Under the pieces are notes generated by a model. The model saw nothing but the letters and a program-made list of their open reading frames with translations, was not told where the DNA came from and searched no databases. DNA of 63,149 nt, the filler included, from Olpidium bornovanus S191 (taxonomy: Eukaryota > Fungi > Olpidiomycota), in NCBI GenBank assembly GCA_017911155.1. It is 31 parts of 31 records of this genome, joined end to end, with 100 filler letters (N's around TTAATTAATTAA, not from the genome) between each part and the next. Parts side by side here need not be neighbours in the genome. Positions count along the whole stretch, not along the records: positions 48,786 to 52,100 come from JAEFCI010006980.1; positions 52,201 to 54,049 come from JAEFCI010010201.1; positions 54,150 to 56,782 come from JAEFCI010000932.1; positions 56,883 to 58,091 come from JAEFCI010009950.1; positions 58,192 to 61,168 come from JAEFCI010003095.1; 26 more parts are not named here. One strand, given 5' to 3'. Position numbers and translations under genes: made by a program. Shown here piece after piece: positions 49,653 to 61,268 of this stretch. Positions within the stretch are counted from its first letter, which is position 1. Every line of letters begins with the position of its first letter.

Positions 49653-52041
49653 ATGGGCGACAGCTTCGCGGTGGAAGTGTTTGACCCGTCGCTTCTTCTC
49701 ACCAACCTCGGGACGGTGAAGCGGCATGTCCCGATTGACAGGGTTGTGGCCACGGATATCAACTCTTACATGTTCAGGGAGGAGGACGACGAGGCCTCAC
49801 ATGGCGAAGAGTCTCCAATAACCAGACCCAGTCCTACCGGATCAGCCGACGCCAAATCTAGGACCACCTTTTTTCATCGCATGTTTCACGCTTCGCCAAC
49901 ATTCCCGGCAACATCCAAGTCCTTCGCGCCGAAGCCCATTCGGACGGCGCAGCAGCAGCAGCACGACGGCAAAGAGTACAGCGGGGATTGGGGTTTCGAG
50001 CAGAAGTCAGGCGATCCAACGTCCGCTTATGCGTCACCAATTGTCGATGCACATGAGGAGCTTGCAACTCCGGCTCCCGCACCAAACAGGGCTGCGATTT
50101 TGCGAGTCATCTTGACGGCAACTAGGCGGTGGTCCCTGCCGGCAGCCAGTCCTCGTGATGCTCAATTTACAGGAGACTCGATCCACACACAGCTGCAACC
50201 ATCCAGTCCCGTAGTCCTTCTAGCCAGCCCTGGATTGGCGTATGGACGAATTGCCCGAACCAAGTCGGTTGGGGATATTGCAAGCGGAAGATCAGCAGAA
50301 AGCATAGGCACTTTAAGCGAAAGCAGCCCCAACAGCAAAGACAAATTTCACAATGCTGCGGTGACGATGTCGTTGAGCGGAGTAGGGCGAGATAACGGCT
50401 CTAAAGTCGAAGCCCAGGTAGCAGAAGACGGTTTCCGGAGAATATCGGCAAAGGATCTCGCGAAGCGGCGCGGCAGCGACGATCAGGCCTCTAGCAGCGG
50501 CAGCGAGTCTGAGCAAGGTCTCCGGACGGCCCGTAGAGACCGAAAATCTAGGCCGTCATCACCCCGCATATTCGCACAATGGTTTGGAGCGGGAGTCGCC
50601 GAGAACGACGAGAAGCTTGCCAGCTCCCGGGAGGATGTCCTCCGGGAGGTTGGAAACCTGGTTGAGCGTTCGTGGTCTTCCGACCGAAAGAACCCGCGTC
50701 TAAACCGCAGCAACAGCGACTGCTGCTTGTCAGAAAAGTACGGTATGTGCCAGGAAATCTTAGGAAAAGGTCAGCAAGCCGTAAGAGATCGGCGTCTTTG
50801 TGTTTTTTTTCCCGTTATTTTGGCATCGAATGCACGTAGCGGACCGGTCCGTTTCTTGACGTCTCCACAGGCGCACATGCTGTGGTTCAGTTGGCGCATA
50901 AGAAGGGCGTTTCGGCGGCCGACAAGCTGTACGCAGTTAAGGTGTGGAATAGCCGGGCATGTAGTTCGCGAAAAGCGCTTGACTCCGTGGACGAAGGCGA
51001 GCGCTGGCCACCCTGCGAACACGCTCATAACCACAAACGGCGTTTACGCCTGCCTGCCGTCCGTCCACGTGTGCAGCGTTTCCGGAAGCGGCGCAAAAGC
51101 GAAACACAAAAGGAATACATCAAAAAGCTCACAGCAGAGTTTTGCATCGCCTCGACACTCCGTCACGAAAACATATGCGAAACCGTGGACCTTGTACAAG
51201 ACGAGAACTCGTCGTGGTGCGAGGTTATGGTAAGCGTTCCCATCCGTGGCCAATTCGAAAGGGTTTCGCATGGCGGCCATCGGAGCGCAGAGTGCGTGGA
51301 TATAACCTAACCATTTCCCAAACGGTTAGGAGTACTGTTCGGGTGCGTGGCGCTGCTATGTGTCAAAAGTATGCGAACGCGGAGAGGATCCATCCACGGC
51401 ATAACCAGCGCATGCCACGCGCAGGTGGAGACCTTTTCGCCCGAATGAAAGGCGAGCCATTGAATCAAATAGAAATAGACTGCTATTTCAAACAGGCAAG
51501 GAACGCGGTAGCCTGGCGGCTGCGTCGCTCCGTGCGGGACTAACATCTGAGCTCACAACGCTGCTGTCTCACGGTGTGTGTTTGGTGCTCGCAGCTGATT
51601 CACGGCGTCGCTTACCTGCACAGCATGGGAGTGGCGCACAGGTGAGACTTCTGGCATCACGCATTAAAGCTGATCCGGGACTTGCACACAGAATGTTTTA
51701 AGATGCTGATGCCTTGCACCCTCTACTTCCCTCCGTGCTGCGTCGTTCTCCGGTCCCGTCGGCCCGGCAAGAGCGCAGAGACCTAAAGCCGGAGAACCTC
51801 TTACTTGACGCGTCGAGCCACATTCTCAAAATCGCGGATTTTGGGATCAGCGAAGTCTTCAAGTAGGTCGTTTCCGATCACTGCGTTCGTGGAAAAACCC
51901 GGGTGGCCCACGTGCGGAGCATGACGGCAACATCTCTCGCTCTCTGGTTGGTTTTTCTTCTCCGGCCCTCTGCTTGCAATCCTGTTCCTAGGACGGCGTT
52001 TACGAAGGAACTACGCAAAAGCACAGGGCTTTGCGGATCCG
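49653..52041 (+). CDS. Hal4/Sat4/Hrk1 (NPR/HAL family) Ser/Thr kinase, partial, spliced
   Basis: LSEKYG.CQEILGK|GAHAVVQL...LYAVK|RFRKR...[28 protein letters not shown]...WCEVM|EYCS|GGDLF...CYFKQ|[16 protein letters not shown]|DLKPENLLL...KIADFG.SEVF|KTAF...GLCGS. Confidence 0.93.
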
Positions 52042-52549
52042 GTACGTGCGGACCGCCCGGCGGGAGGAGGACGCCCCGGGAACGGCCACGTGAACGCATG
52101 NNNNNNNNNNNNNNNNNNNNNNNNNNNNNNNNNNNNNNNNNNNNTTAATTAATTAANNNNNNNNNNNNNNNNNNNNNNNNNNNNNNNNNNNNNNNNNNNN
52201 CATGGATATCCAAAAAATTTGATTTCAACGAGGCACTCAGCAGACGGGACGAGGAAGTGGCTAACTGTAAATCTTGCGAGGACGAGAACTTCAGATTCTG
52301 TTTGGAATGTCGTCGAATAAAACAACGCGACGTCGTTCAACGGCTTTCTGTTTCCTGTACGACGCAGTACGCCTTGGCTCTTACAGGGTATCTGCCTAAG
52401 GGTATCTGCCTAATATATATGCGAGCATAACGTCTTCGAACCAAAACAAGCAGCACCGCCGCACAGTACAAGGTCGGTTGAAACAGGGTCTTGCTCGAAT
52501 AAACCTGGAGGGGGGACCACGGTCTAGCATGCCCACTGGGCGCCTTTCG

Positions 52550-53092
52550 TCACACCTCTTTTGGATCGAACTTTGTGAGCCTGTTGCGCGCGATCTTCAT
52601 CATCTCAGCGAGCCCCGCTTCGAGTTCCGAGTCAACGGTCCCGTCGCGCAGCCTCTTTTCAATGACGGGAATGATATCCTTTTTCGGCCTGCCGTTTACG
52701 AACTCGACGAACCGGAAGCCGTACTTTGTTTCGTACACGCGGTTCAGCTCCTGGAGGCGGGCAGTGATCTCCGCGTCATCTACGTGCGGATTCCTTGTGT
52801 AGCCCTGCTCGGCGTACGACAGTGCGGAAAGGAGTTTCGGTGGCGCCCCGATCGCCGGGTGTGCGTTGACCACTGCGAGGCGTTCCTCCCGGGTGAGGGC
52901 GCGCGCGGTCACGTCCTCGGCTGCGGCGATGAGGTCCGGATACGACGCGAAGGGCTTTCGGGCCATCAGGTGGCGGGTCAAGGCTGGAGCCGATTCGAAG
53001 AGCGGGGCGACGGCATCGGAGAAGCGCTGCTCCTCGGAAGGGGGCAGCGCGTTTAGCTCTTCGATCGACAGGAGCGCGGCGGCAGCGGGCAT
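52550..53092 (-). CDS. OHCU decarboxylase (urate catabolism), complete, intronless
   Basis: LFESAP...PFASY.DLI...VNAHPAIGA...LSALSYAEQG...LQELNRVYETKYGFRFVEFVNGRPK...MMKIARNRL. Confidence 0.93.
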   Translation of the reverse strand: MPAAAALLSIEELNALPPSEEQRFSDAVAPLFESAPALTRHLMARKPFASYPDLIAAAEDVTARALTREERLAVVNAHPAIGAPPKLLSALSYAEQGYTRNPHVDDAEITARLQELNRVYETKYGFRFVEFVNGRPKKDIIPVIEKRLRDGTVDSELEAGLAEMMKIARNRLTKFDPKEV

Positions 53093-54302
53093 CGGTGCGT
53101 TCGCTGCGCGCTTCGGCGTGCTCGGGTCGCAGCGGCACCTGCAAGCGGGGCGAGACGAGGGGCTTTGCGCCCAACTCCCCCGAAAAAAAGGGAAAAAAAA
53201 AGAGCCTTCTTAGCAGCAGCTGCTGCAGCAGCACATCGCGCCACAACCCCGCCGCGCGAATGTCGAGCCGTATTTCTTCCTTGTTCTGCCAGGCCGCAGA
53301 AAACCAAGGGACCGGAAGCCAGCGACCGCAGTCTCTGCGCTCAAACAAGGCTCAGTGTGTAGCATCGCGGGAGCGAGCAGTGCGGCGGGCGCCTTGTCTC
53401 GGATTCAGCGGTGCTCGAGGCAAGCTTTACAGGAAAAAACAGACTGCTGCTTCACGACCCCAACCGTTCATTTAGAGCATGTTGTCAGCACCAATCTCGC
53501 TTGATATCCGCATTCTTCGGACCGTCGTCCCTCGTCAGGGACATTTTATTCTGGCCTGCGGCGACACATGACACCAAGATGAAAGCGCAAAATCTTATTC
53601 TATGGCTGTTTACGTAATGTAGAATTTTTTGGTTTCATCCTTTCTGGAACTTCCAAATAAAAGTCCGTAATCAGATAGATTTCAAACACCTGCGCTACTC
53701 GACGGGCACTGCTTTTTTTGTTCGTCTTTTTATTACACAGTTTTCGTCGCAGTTTCATGACATACTTTATGACGCAGTTGTATGAAGCAGTTTATGATGC
53801 AGTCTATTTCGCAGGTTGCGACAGCTAATAAGCCCAAACCGACGCCACATCAAAAACTAACTAAACGCGAATGCCGGATGTGCACTTATTTATGGAACAA
53901 GCTGGAAGCATGCCAAAGGCTCTGAATGACATGCCACACCCAGCTGAAGGGCAATCCGGGACGCGTTCCAGAATGCCCTGCGGATTCTGGGGCCAGGCGC
54001 AGTGTGATCAACAGCTCCGTGAATTCCTTGATATTGCGACAGCAACTTCNNNNNNNNNNNNNNNNNNNNNNNNNNNNNNNNNNNNNNNNNNNNTTAATTA
54101 ATTAANNNNNNNNNNNNNNNNNNNNNNNNNNNNNNNNNNNNNNNNNNNNCCCCCCCGGGCGCCCGCCCCCCCCCCACTTCCCGTCCCCACCGGCGAGACG
54201 GTCCCCGGCGCACCCCCCGCTCTGACAGGCACGGAAAGCTGCACGCCCCCGCCCGCCTTTCGGTCGTCTTCGTAAGTCGCTCGCCCCCCTTCCCCTTCCC
54301 CT

Positions 54303-54342
<40 letters not shown>

Positions 54343-54886
54343 CCCCCCCCCCTCCCCGACCCGGCCGTTTTTCCACGGCGGGCGCCGCCTCCCCTGGAAG
54401 TCGTGCAAAGATGGCCGAGGACCGGCCAGGGGCGTGGTCCGGACGCAAGCCGGGGAGGGGATGGAGCGGTTCCGGCAAGGAGGTGTAATTCCGGCTGCTG
54501 ACATCGGGATCCGGAGGACGGACGGTTTCGAAACAGCACGCGGTGCTTGGGGGACACTTTCCTGAGCCGCCCTATGCAGCAGCAGGAGCCGTTTTATGCA
54601 TCTTCCGGACGGCCGAGAGGTCTCGGGTTGGCCAAACCAGGCCGCAGCTCCCGACGTTTTCCCTTCTTAATTGCCGGATACTTGACGCGTTTCGCTGTTT
54701 GACTAACCGGCGGCATCGTGCCCTGACTGTTTTTGCTGCTATCAACTTCTCCCCGAACGGTTTTTGACGGATCCCGGGTTGTTCCTGTCTATCCCCCCCT
54801 TTCTCCTCTCCCCGGCGAAGTCAATCAACCCGTCCTCGTGGGTCTTCGTTCGGCGATCAGCTTAGGCTTTGACAAAAGACAGTGAA

Positions 54887-56510
54887 ATGGCAGGGGGAAG
54901 AGACATTAGGAGGTTTCTGTGGTTTGACAAGCCATTGGTGCGTCCGTTCTCAGACGCTGATTAACGATTTTCCGACGGACGGTCATTACTTGGACCGTTG
55001 TGTGCGGTGACTATAGGAAAGGGAAAACCAGGTACAGGCGTTGTCGTTGTGTTTCATGCTTTCTCCGCTTGCAACCGTTGTCACACCACCCGCTCCTGTG
55101 TTTAACATTGCTCGCGGATCTGCGTTTCCGAGCACCCAGGTCTATATGGCCAAGCTTGCTGAGCAGGCTGAGCGCTTTGACGAGATGGTTTTGTACATGA
55201 AGGTACCCACTCAAGTTCAGCGTAGGTTTTCAACGCAAGCGCTCGGTTTACTGACGGCCTTTTTGTTTTCGCCGTGTAACTTACTGCAGGAAGTTGCGAA
55301 GGTGCGGGCAGAATTCTCGTGACGATCGGAAGTCGTGGCCGAATGTTGCTGTGATTATGCGCGCGGGGGCGAAGGAAGGGGAAAGGGGGGGGGGGATGTT
55401 TTCGGGGGAGGTTACTGGCAGGACGCTCGATAATCCGGAAGTTGACCGCATCTGGTCGGTCGTGGACCAGCTTGGCGTCGAGCTGTCCGTGGAAGAGCGC
55501 AACCTCCTGTCGGTCGCTTACAAGAACGTCATCGGAGCACGCCGCGCATCCTGGCGCATCGTCTCGTCCATCGAGCAGAAGGAAGAAAACAAGGGCAACG
55601 AAGCTCAGGTCGCCAAGATCAAGGCGTACCGCCAGAAAATCGAGTCCGAGCTGTCTGATGTCTGCAATGACGTTCTCCACGTTTTGGACGACCACCTTAC
55701 CAAATCCGCGGAGACCGGAGAGTCCAAAGTTTTTTATTACAAGATGTACGTAGGTATGGCCTCGCACGGCCAGACCGCCTAAATCATGCACACCGGTGGC
55801 CGACACCGCCGCTTCCTTCCTCCGTCCCATCCCTTCGTAGGCTGCAATGAGCGCCGGTTTCTTTTGCGTACCTGTGCTTTAACGGCGTGTGAACCGCAAC
55901 ACTCATCGCACGTCGGTTCCAACTTGAGCAGGAAGGGCGATTATCCCCGCTACCTTGCTGAGTTCGCGGCTGGAGACAAGCGGAAAGAAGCAGCCGATGC
56001 GGCGCACGACGCCTACAAGCAGGCGTCGGACATCGCCCAGACTGACCTGGCTCCCACCCACCCAATCCGTCTCGGCCTGGCTCTGAACTTCTCGGTGTTC
56101 TACTACGAGATTCTGAACAGTCCCGACAGGGCCTGTCACCTTGCCAAGCAGGCGTTTGACGACGCGATCGCCGAATTGGACACACTATCCGAGGACAGCT
56201 ACAAGGACTCCACCCTCATCATGCAGCTGCTCCGTGACAACCTCACGCTGTGGACCAGCGACATGGACACAGGTAGGCGTTTTGTTCGGTAATCTGCACA
56301 GTTTTGAACGAGTACACAAGCGGTAGACTAGGGTTCACTCTCACGACACTGGAACAGACGCGAATTTCCCGCGTTTGTTTTTTCGCTGAGGGCAGCGTAG
56401 CCTTACCTGCTGAAAATTGCCATTTCATCCTTTGTACCTACCCTTTAGCTGATAAGGGCGACGCCGCGAAGGACGAGGAGGCGCCGGAGGGTGAGAAATC
56501 GCAAGCCTAA
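54887..56510 (+). CDS. 14-3-3 protein, 7 exons (first exon tentative)
   Basis: Exons 54887-54937 (tentative), 55017-55031 (ERENQ), 55140-55202 ([17 protein letters not shown]), 55290-55301 (EVAK), 55471-55745 ([25 protein letters not shown]), 55932-56272 ([22 protein letters not shown]...[20 protein letters not shown]) and 56449-56510, all in phase. Confidence 0.97.
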
Positions 56511-57394
56511 AAGGAGGGACTCGGACGGAACTGAAACGCTTCCGCGTTCCCCTCCGTACTTCCGCCGGTTGTCTCGAACCTTAAACTTGTCAGCGAAGCT
56601 CGCCTTCCTTTATTTGTTTTACTCTTCTGGTTTCGCCCCTTGCCATATCCCGTCATTTTGTCTTCGGTTTCTGTGCCTCCCCATTTTTTCAGGTTTTTTT
56701 TTCTGTCTTCGCGCCTTCTGTTTTGTGCCCCGTCGCGTCCGGCGCTCCCCTGCTTCCCTGCCTTTGGCTCGGCTCGCGCGAGNNNNNNNNNNNNNNNNNN
56801 NNNNNNNNNNNNNNNNNNNNNNNNNNTTAATTAATTAANNNNNNNNNNNNNNNNNNNNNNNNNNNNNNNNNNNNNNNNNNNNCCCCCCCCCCCTTTTCCC
56901 ATGCCGTCCGGCCCCGCGGCGAAAGCAGCAGAAACGGATCCAGCCGCAGAGACGCAAAAAGGGGGGGGCGGGCCGCGTTTTTTTCCCTTTCAGAAAACCG
57001 TTCCGGAGGAAACCCCGCGATCCGAAATCCGTTTGTTCTGCTCTGCAGCAAAAAAAAAAAAATAATCTTCGTATCGTTTCACGCGCGGTCCGCACCGCCT
57101 CCCCTCCTCCCCCCCCCTTCTTCCCCCCCCCAGGGTTTCGGGCCGAATCGGCGGCCCTGTCCACAACTGCCCCAAGCGGCGCGCGAGCGGGCGAAGGGTT
57201 TGGCGTGTGAAACACCAAGTGAAATGAACAAAAAAAAAATCCGACTTCGGTCTGTCTAGTTAATTAGCTGCGCCTGACGGTCGGCGATTAGTCTCATAAT
57301 TATTTTTTGTTTCTTTTACCTAAAAAGCACCAGGCTCACGGTGGTGGACCCCGGCTAACTTTTTTCCTTCTTTCGCAGCGGCCGATCAACGGTT

Positions 57395-58091
57395 TCACCC
57401 CGCCATATCAAGGTCAAGTATCATCTTTTCCAGGAGTTCGCCGAGGTCCTGGCCCCGCGTTTCGCCTGACGGATTACCGGAGGGAAAGTGGCCTCTGGGA
57501 GCGCCGGCGACAGGAGATGGGGATTGGAAGTCGGCAAAACCGGGAGGGCGGCCGGTCGCCGGCCGCCTTTCGGCGCCCGCGTCCGACTGGGCGGCGCTTT
57601 CCGGACGGCCCGCTGCACTGCCGTTCCCGGGCGGGACCGGGTTCGACCTCGGCGTTTGCGCAAGGTACTCCGGCAGCGGCGTCCGCGACCGCCCTTGCTT
57701 GGCCGCCCCGCCGGTCGCGCCTGCGGCGCCCGCCGGCCGGCTCGGCCGCGGGCCGGGCGAGGTTTGCGCCCGTCGCGCATCGTTTGGCGGAGCCGACGGC
57801 CCGGCCGCCGCATCCTCGGCGGCGATCCGGGGTTGCAGCGGCTTCGGCCCCGACGCGGGCGCCGACGGGGCGCCGGCTGCGCCGGTTTCCTGCGGAGCCG
57901 CCGCGACGGATTCCGGCCCTGTCGACCAGTAGTACGCCATGTCCACCGCGGACCCGTAGGACCTGTCGTCGTCATGGTCTCCGTCGATGAGCAGCGGCAC
58001 CGCGAACAGTTCCCGATCTTCCAGAGCCGCCGACGCGCTCGAATCCTGCCGGACGCGGGGCGCGGACGACGGCGCGTCGGCGGCCTGCGGC
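57395..58091 (-). CDS. Low-complexity C-terminal exon of an unidentified protein
   Basis: Open frame from the contig edge; Ala/Pro/Gly-rich, ending DLGELLEKMILDLDMAG*. Confidence 0.45.
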
Positions 58092-58191
58092 NNNNNNNNN
58101 NNNNNNNNNNNNNNNNNNNNNNNNNNNNNNNNNNNTTAATTAATTAANNNNNNNNNNNNNNNNNNNNNNNNNNNNNNNNNNNNNNNNNNNN

Positions 58192-58610
58192 AAGCGGGAT
58201 GAGGGAAACCAGCAGGAACGGGCGCGCCCAAGGACCGGAGGGACGTATTCGTCTGGGAGTTCGGCGGCGGGGGAGGGGGCCGAGACCTCGTCCACCAAAA
58301 AGCGACACTGGATATAAGAATCGTCGACGACGGGGTCGGGTCGCGGGTCGTAATCGCGATCGAACGGGCCGTCAGGACCGCAGTATTGGAGATCGGACGG
58401 AAGGAAGAGGAACTCGAGTTCGCGAGGGTCTGCAGGGAGAAAGACTGACGGAGGCCACTGCATCACTTGGCAGAACGACACGATCATAGACCGACGCAGT
58501 CTGTAGAGAAGAGAAGCAGTCAGAACTAGGGTGAAATGCAGTGCGAACTTGTCGTCGTGCTCAACAGGCATACTGCAGTAGGGCGACGCAAACTTGGATG
58601 TTGCCGCCAT
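58192..58610 (-). CDS. Unidentified gene, 5' part
   Basis: Open frame ...WPPSVFLPADPRELEFLFLPSDLQYCGPDGPFDRDYDPRPDPVVDDSYIQCRFLVDE, then a GT donor candidate. No family recognised. Confidence 0.35.
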
Positions 58611-59419
58611 CTCCCATGGCCCGAAAACGCCAACAGAAGTGCACGAAGCGGATCATTCGGCCGCGAAGGGTCGCTTCGCGTTCGGGAGAAGGTCGTTGCG
58701 CGACGCAGGCAGCGGCCGTCGCGGAAAGACTGCAAAAGTCTCGAAGACGATGGTTCCAGAAGGCGGTGAACACCTGTCGGGTTGCTTTGTTGTGATGACG
58801 GTTGCGAAAAGGCATTGTGCACACAGGTGTTGTTGCGCGTGAAAGCAGAGGACTTCGCGAACAAAGGAAGGGTTGAGAAGGACGGCGTCGCGGGTGGCGT
58901 TCGGCGAGTTTAAGAAGAACAGAGGAGCAAAAACCAGAAAGATACCATGAGAAACCACCACAAGCTTCGTCACGTGGCGGGTCGTGACTTTCGAGACAAG
59001 CTCATCAGTCACGGGGGGGCGGCTGTAGTGAAGGGAAACGAAGGGTGCGAGGGGAAAACGGGAGAAACTGTGAGGAAACCAAAAACCGCGCATTAAATTC
59101 CAGAAACCGAGCATAGAATTCCAACTACTGCGGAAGAGTGAAAAGCTGGTTGCCGCGGAGCAATTTTGTACTACGCGTAGGCCTCTCCTTCCCCCCCTAA
59201 AAACGCGTGCAAACCCACACGACAGGCAGCCGACTCTCCTTCCTCCCACTTTCTCTCCAGCCCACTCTTAACGCGTAATCGCTCACTCTCGACAACTACC
59301 GTCCCACGAATAAGAGGCCCTGCGCCGCCTTGAAAACCTGCCTTCCTTGGTCTTGGTCATGCAATAGCGCCCTGCGTGAACAGAGCTGTCCGTCTGAAAG
59401 AAGGGAAGCATGTGCCCAT

Positions 59420-60092
59420 TCTCAAAATGGCCTGCCTTTCGAACAGTGGACGGAAATGATTTGGTCGAATATCGCTTTGCAGTTGTTGGGTTTTACGGCG
59501 CAGCCTGAGATGCAGAAAGCCGCTGTTTCCAGCCACTTTGGTGGGGCGTGGATGCCAATGTTGTTCAGTGGGTCGGGTCGGAAGAGGTCTGCATGGAGAG
59601 GCAGCAGGCGTGGGCAGTCAATCGACAGAGCAACCAGGTTGCTGTATCAAGCGATCGAGCGTCAAAGCAGAGCTATGACAGTCAAGGTTGCTTTTTCCGC
59701 GTGGACCTTCGCTACGAGGCAGTGGAAGTTTTTGGTTGTGAATGAAGGAGTTGCCCAGCCATTCTCAGCGCTCCAGGGCTGTGCGAAAGCATCAACTGCA
59801 AACACATTGCTGTCTGCATGGTCTTTGGTAAACCGTTGGCGCAGGAGGCGATTGTTTGTGCTGGAGAATAAGTCAACCATGTGTGGTTCCCAGAGCAATT
59901 GAGCGCGGCAAAGACGTTAGGGTGGAGCTGCCAATCGTCCCGGTCACAGGCGGTGGCGGCGGCATTATGCTCAGCAGCCAGCTCGGTTGCGGAGATGATG
60001 AAGTTGTCATGATCTTCGGTGTCAAGAGGTTTGCGAAGGGTAGCTGTCAGGAACGGAATATCATGTGGAAAAGTAATGACGTTCTTCTTCAT
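59420..60092 (-). pseudogene. Decayed Dam-like adenine methyltransferase of a retroelement (paralogue of 36440-37000)
   Basis: DRDDWQLHP.VF..L [frameshift] WEPHMVDLFSSTNN...VDAFAQPWSAENGWATPSF...KV.AEKATLTVIALL*RSIA*Y...DLFRP...PKW...AFCISG. NPPF is degraded to TPSF and two conserved Trp positions are TGA. Confidence 0.82.
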
Positions 60093-60379
60093 CTTATTAC
60101 AGATCTGGGCAGAGAATCATAATTGACAATTTCTGCGCGATGGTGACGCGGCTGCAGCTGAAGAAGGAGGTTTGCGTGCTGCGGGCGTAAGGCAGCTGGC
60201 AGGGATACTGTGCTGTAGCACGGCCCTCGAACCGCCGCCCTTGACCAACGCCACGGGTGAGGGGCGGCGGGCGAGAGACGGCAGGGCAATGGGCGAAGGG
60301 CGCAGGGCAAAGGGCAAGAGGCGGTCGAAGGGCGGAAGCGGCGGCGGGATCGAGGGCAGGACGGCCCCCGAACCTGGGG

Positions 60380-61168
60380 GTCGACCAATAGAATAGTCCC
60401 CCTTGAAGCCCGCCAATCGAAGAGCGCTTCCCCCTTTCCCCCCTCGAAGTCCGCCAATCAAAGAGCTTCCCCCCTTGCCCCCTTCCCCCCCAGCGCCACA
60501 CGCGGGAACCCCCGCCAACCATAACCCCCCACCGCCTGCCCCCGCACCCCACCGCACGCAAAAGCTCGGAGCCCCGCGTGGCGACCGCGCGGGAAGGACC
60601 GGACACACCGCGTCGACAGACGCGACGTCGGAGGACAGCTTTGCCGTCGACGGGCCATCCGCTCGACCTCGATGGGCATAAATAGCGTCCCTTCCGCTCC
60701 GTAGCTTGACTTGGACCGACTTTAACTTAGCTTGACCTTTCCCTTTTGACTGCACTGTCAGCCCTCGTCACCTTACCTGTAGCACCATCTCAGACCTGAC
60801 GAGGGAGAGGAATATAACGCTGTGAACCTTGCCGCAGTACATGGTAGCAACGCGTCTTTGACATGACCCGTAACCCGACCTCTCCCGTTGCCTCCACCGC
60901 AGGACCGACCCTCCTGCAGGCAGAGGCAGACTACCAGCTGGCGATCCGTCAGCTGGAAGCCCGCCTGGCGAAGGTGACCGCGCAGCGCGACCACTTGCTG
61001 CAGACGGCTTTTGCCGCCACGGCCGCAGCCGAAGAGTCGGCTCGAAGGCCGTCGGAGTCCGACCGTGCCGTCGCGAAGCTCATTCGCGACAAGCTTCGGC
61101 CGTTCACCGGCCGCAACCGAACCCCCCACCACGTGCGCAACTTCCTGTCGCAGTTCGAGCAGTACGCC
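60380..61168 (+). mobile_element. 5' end of a Ty3/gypsy-like LTR retrotransposon (LTR 3' part, PBS, gag start)
   Basis: Three CCAAT boxes (~60390-60460) and CATAAATA (~60677). LTR-like end ...GTACA at 60841, immediately followed by PBS TGGTAGCAACGC (60842-60853, initiator tRNA-Met type like Ty3 TGGTAGCG). gag ATG at 60863: coiled coil then KLRPFTG...VRNFLSQFEQYA. LTR start not determined. Confidence 0.7.
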
Positions 61169-61268
61169 NNNNNNNNNNNNNNNNNNNNNNNNNNNNNNNN
61201 NNNNNNNNNNNNTTAATTAATTAANNNNNNNNNNNNNNNNNNNNNNNNNNNNNNNNNNNNNNNNNNNN

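Noticed and set aside
52385-52412. 14-bp tandem duplication AGGGTATCTGCCTA x2
   Set aside because: An isolated slippage duplication downstream of the OHCU decarboxylase gene, with no further structure.
52550-53092. Intronless OHCU decarboxylase as a possible horizontal transfer
   Set aside because: The sequence pattern matches the widespread fungal-type family and its GC content matches neighbours; a short intronless gene is not evidence of HGT.
58984-59012. Minus-strand GTGACTGATGAG-CTTGT-CTCGAAAGTCAC, resembling a hammerhead ribozyme core (CUGAUGA...GAAA)
   Set aside because: Stem II cannot form beyond one pair without using core bases. There is no U-H cleavage triplet after the alternative stem III and no stem I. 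It is only a simple hairpin.
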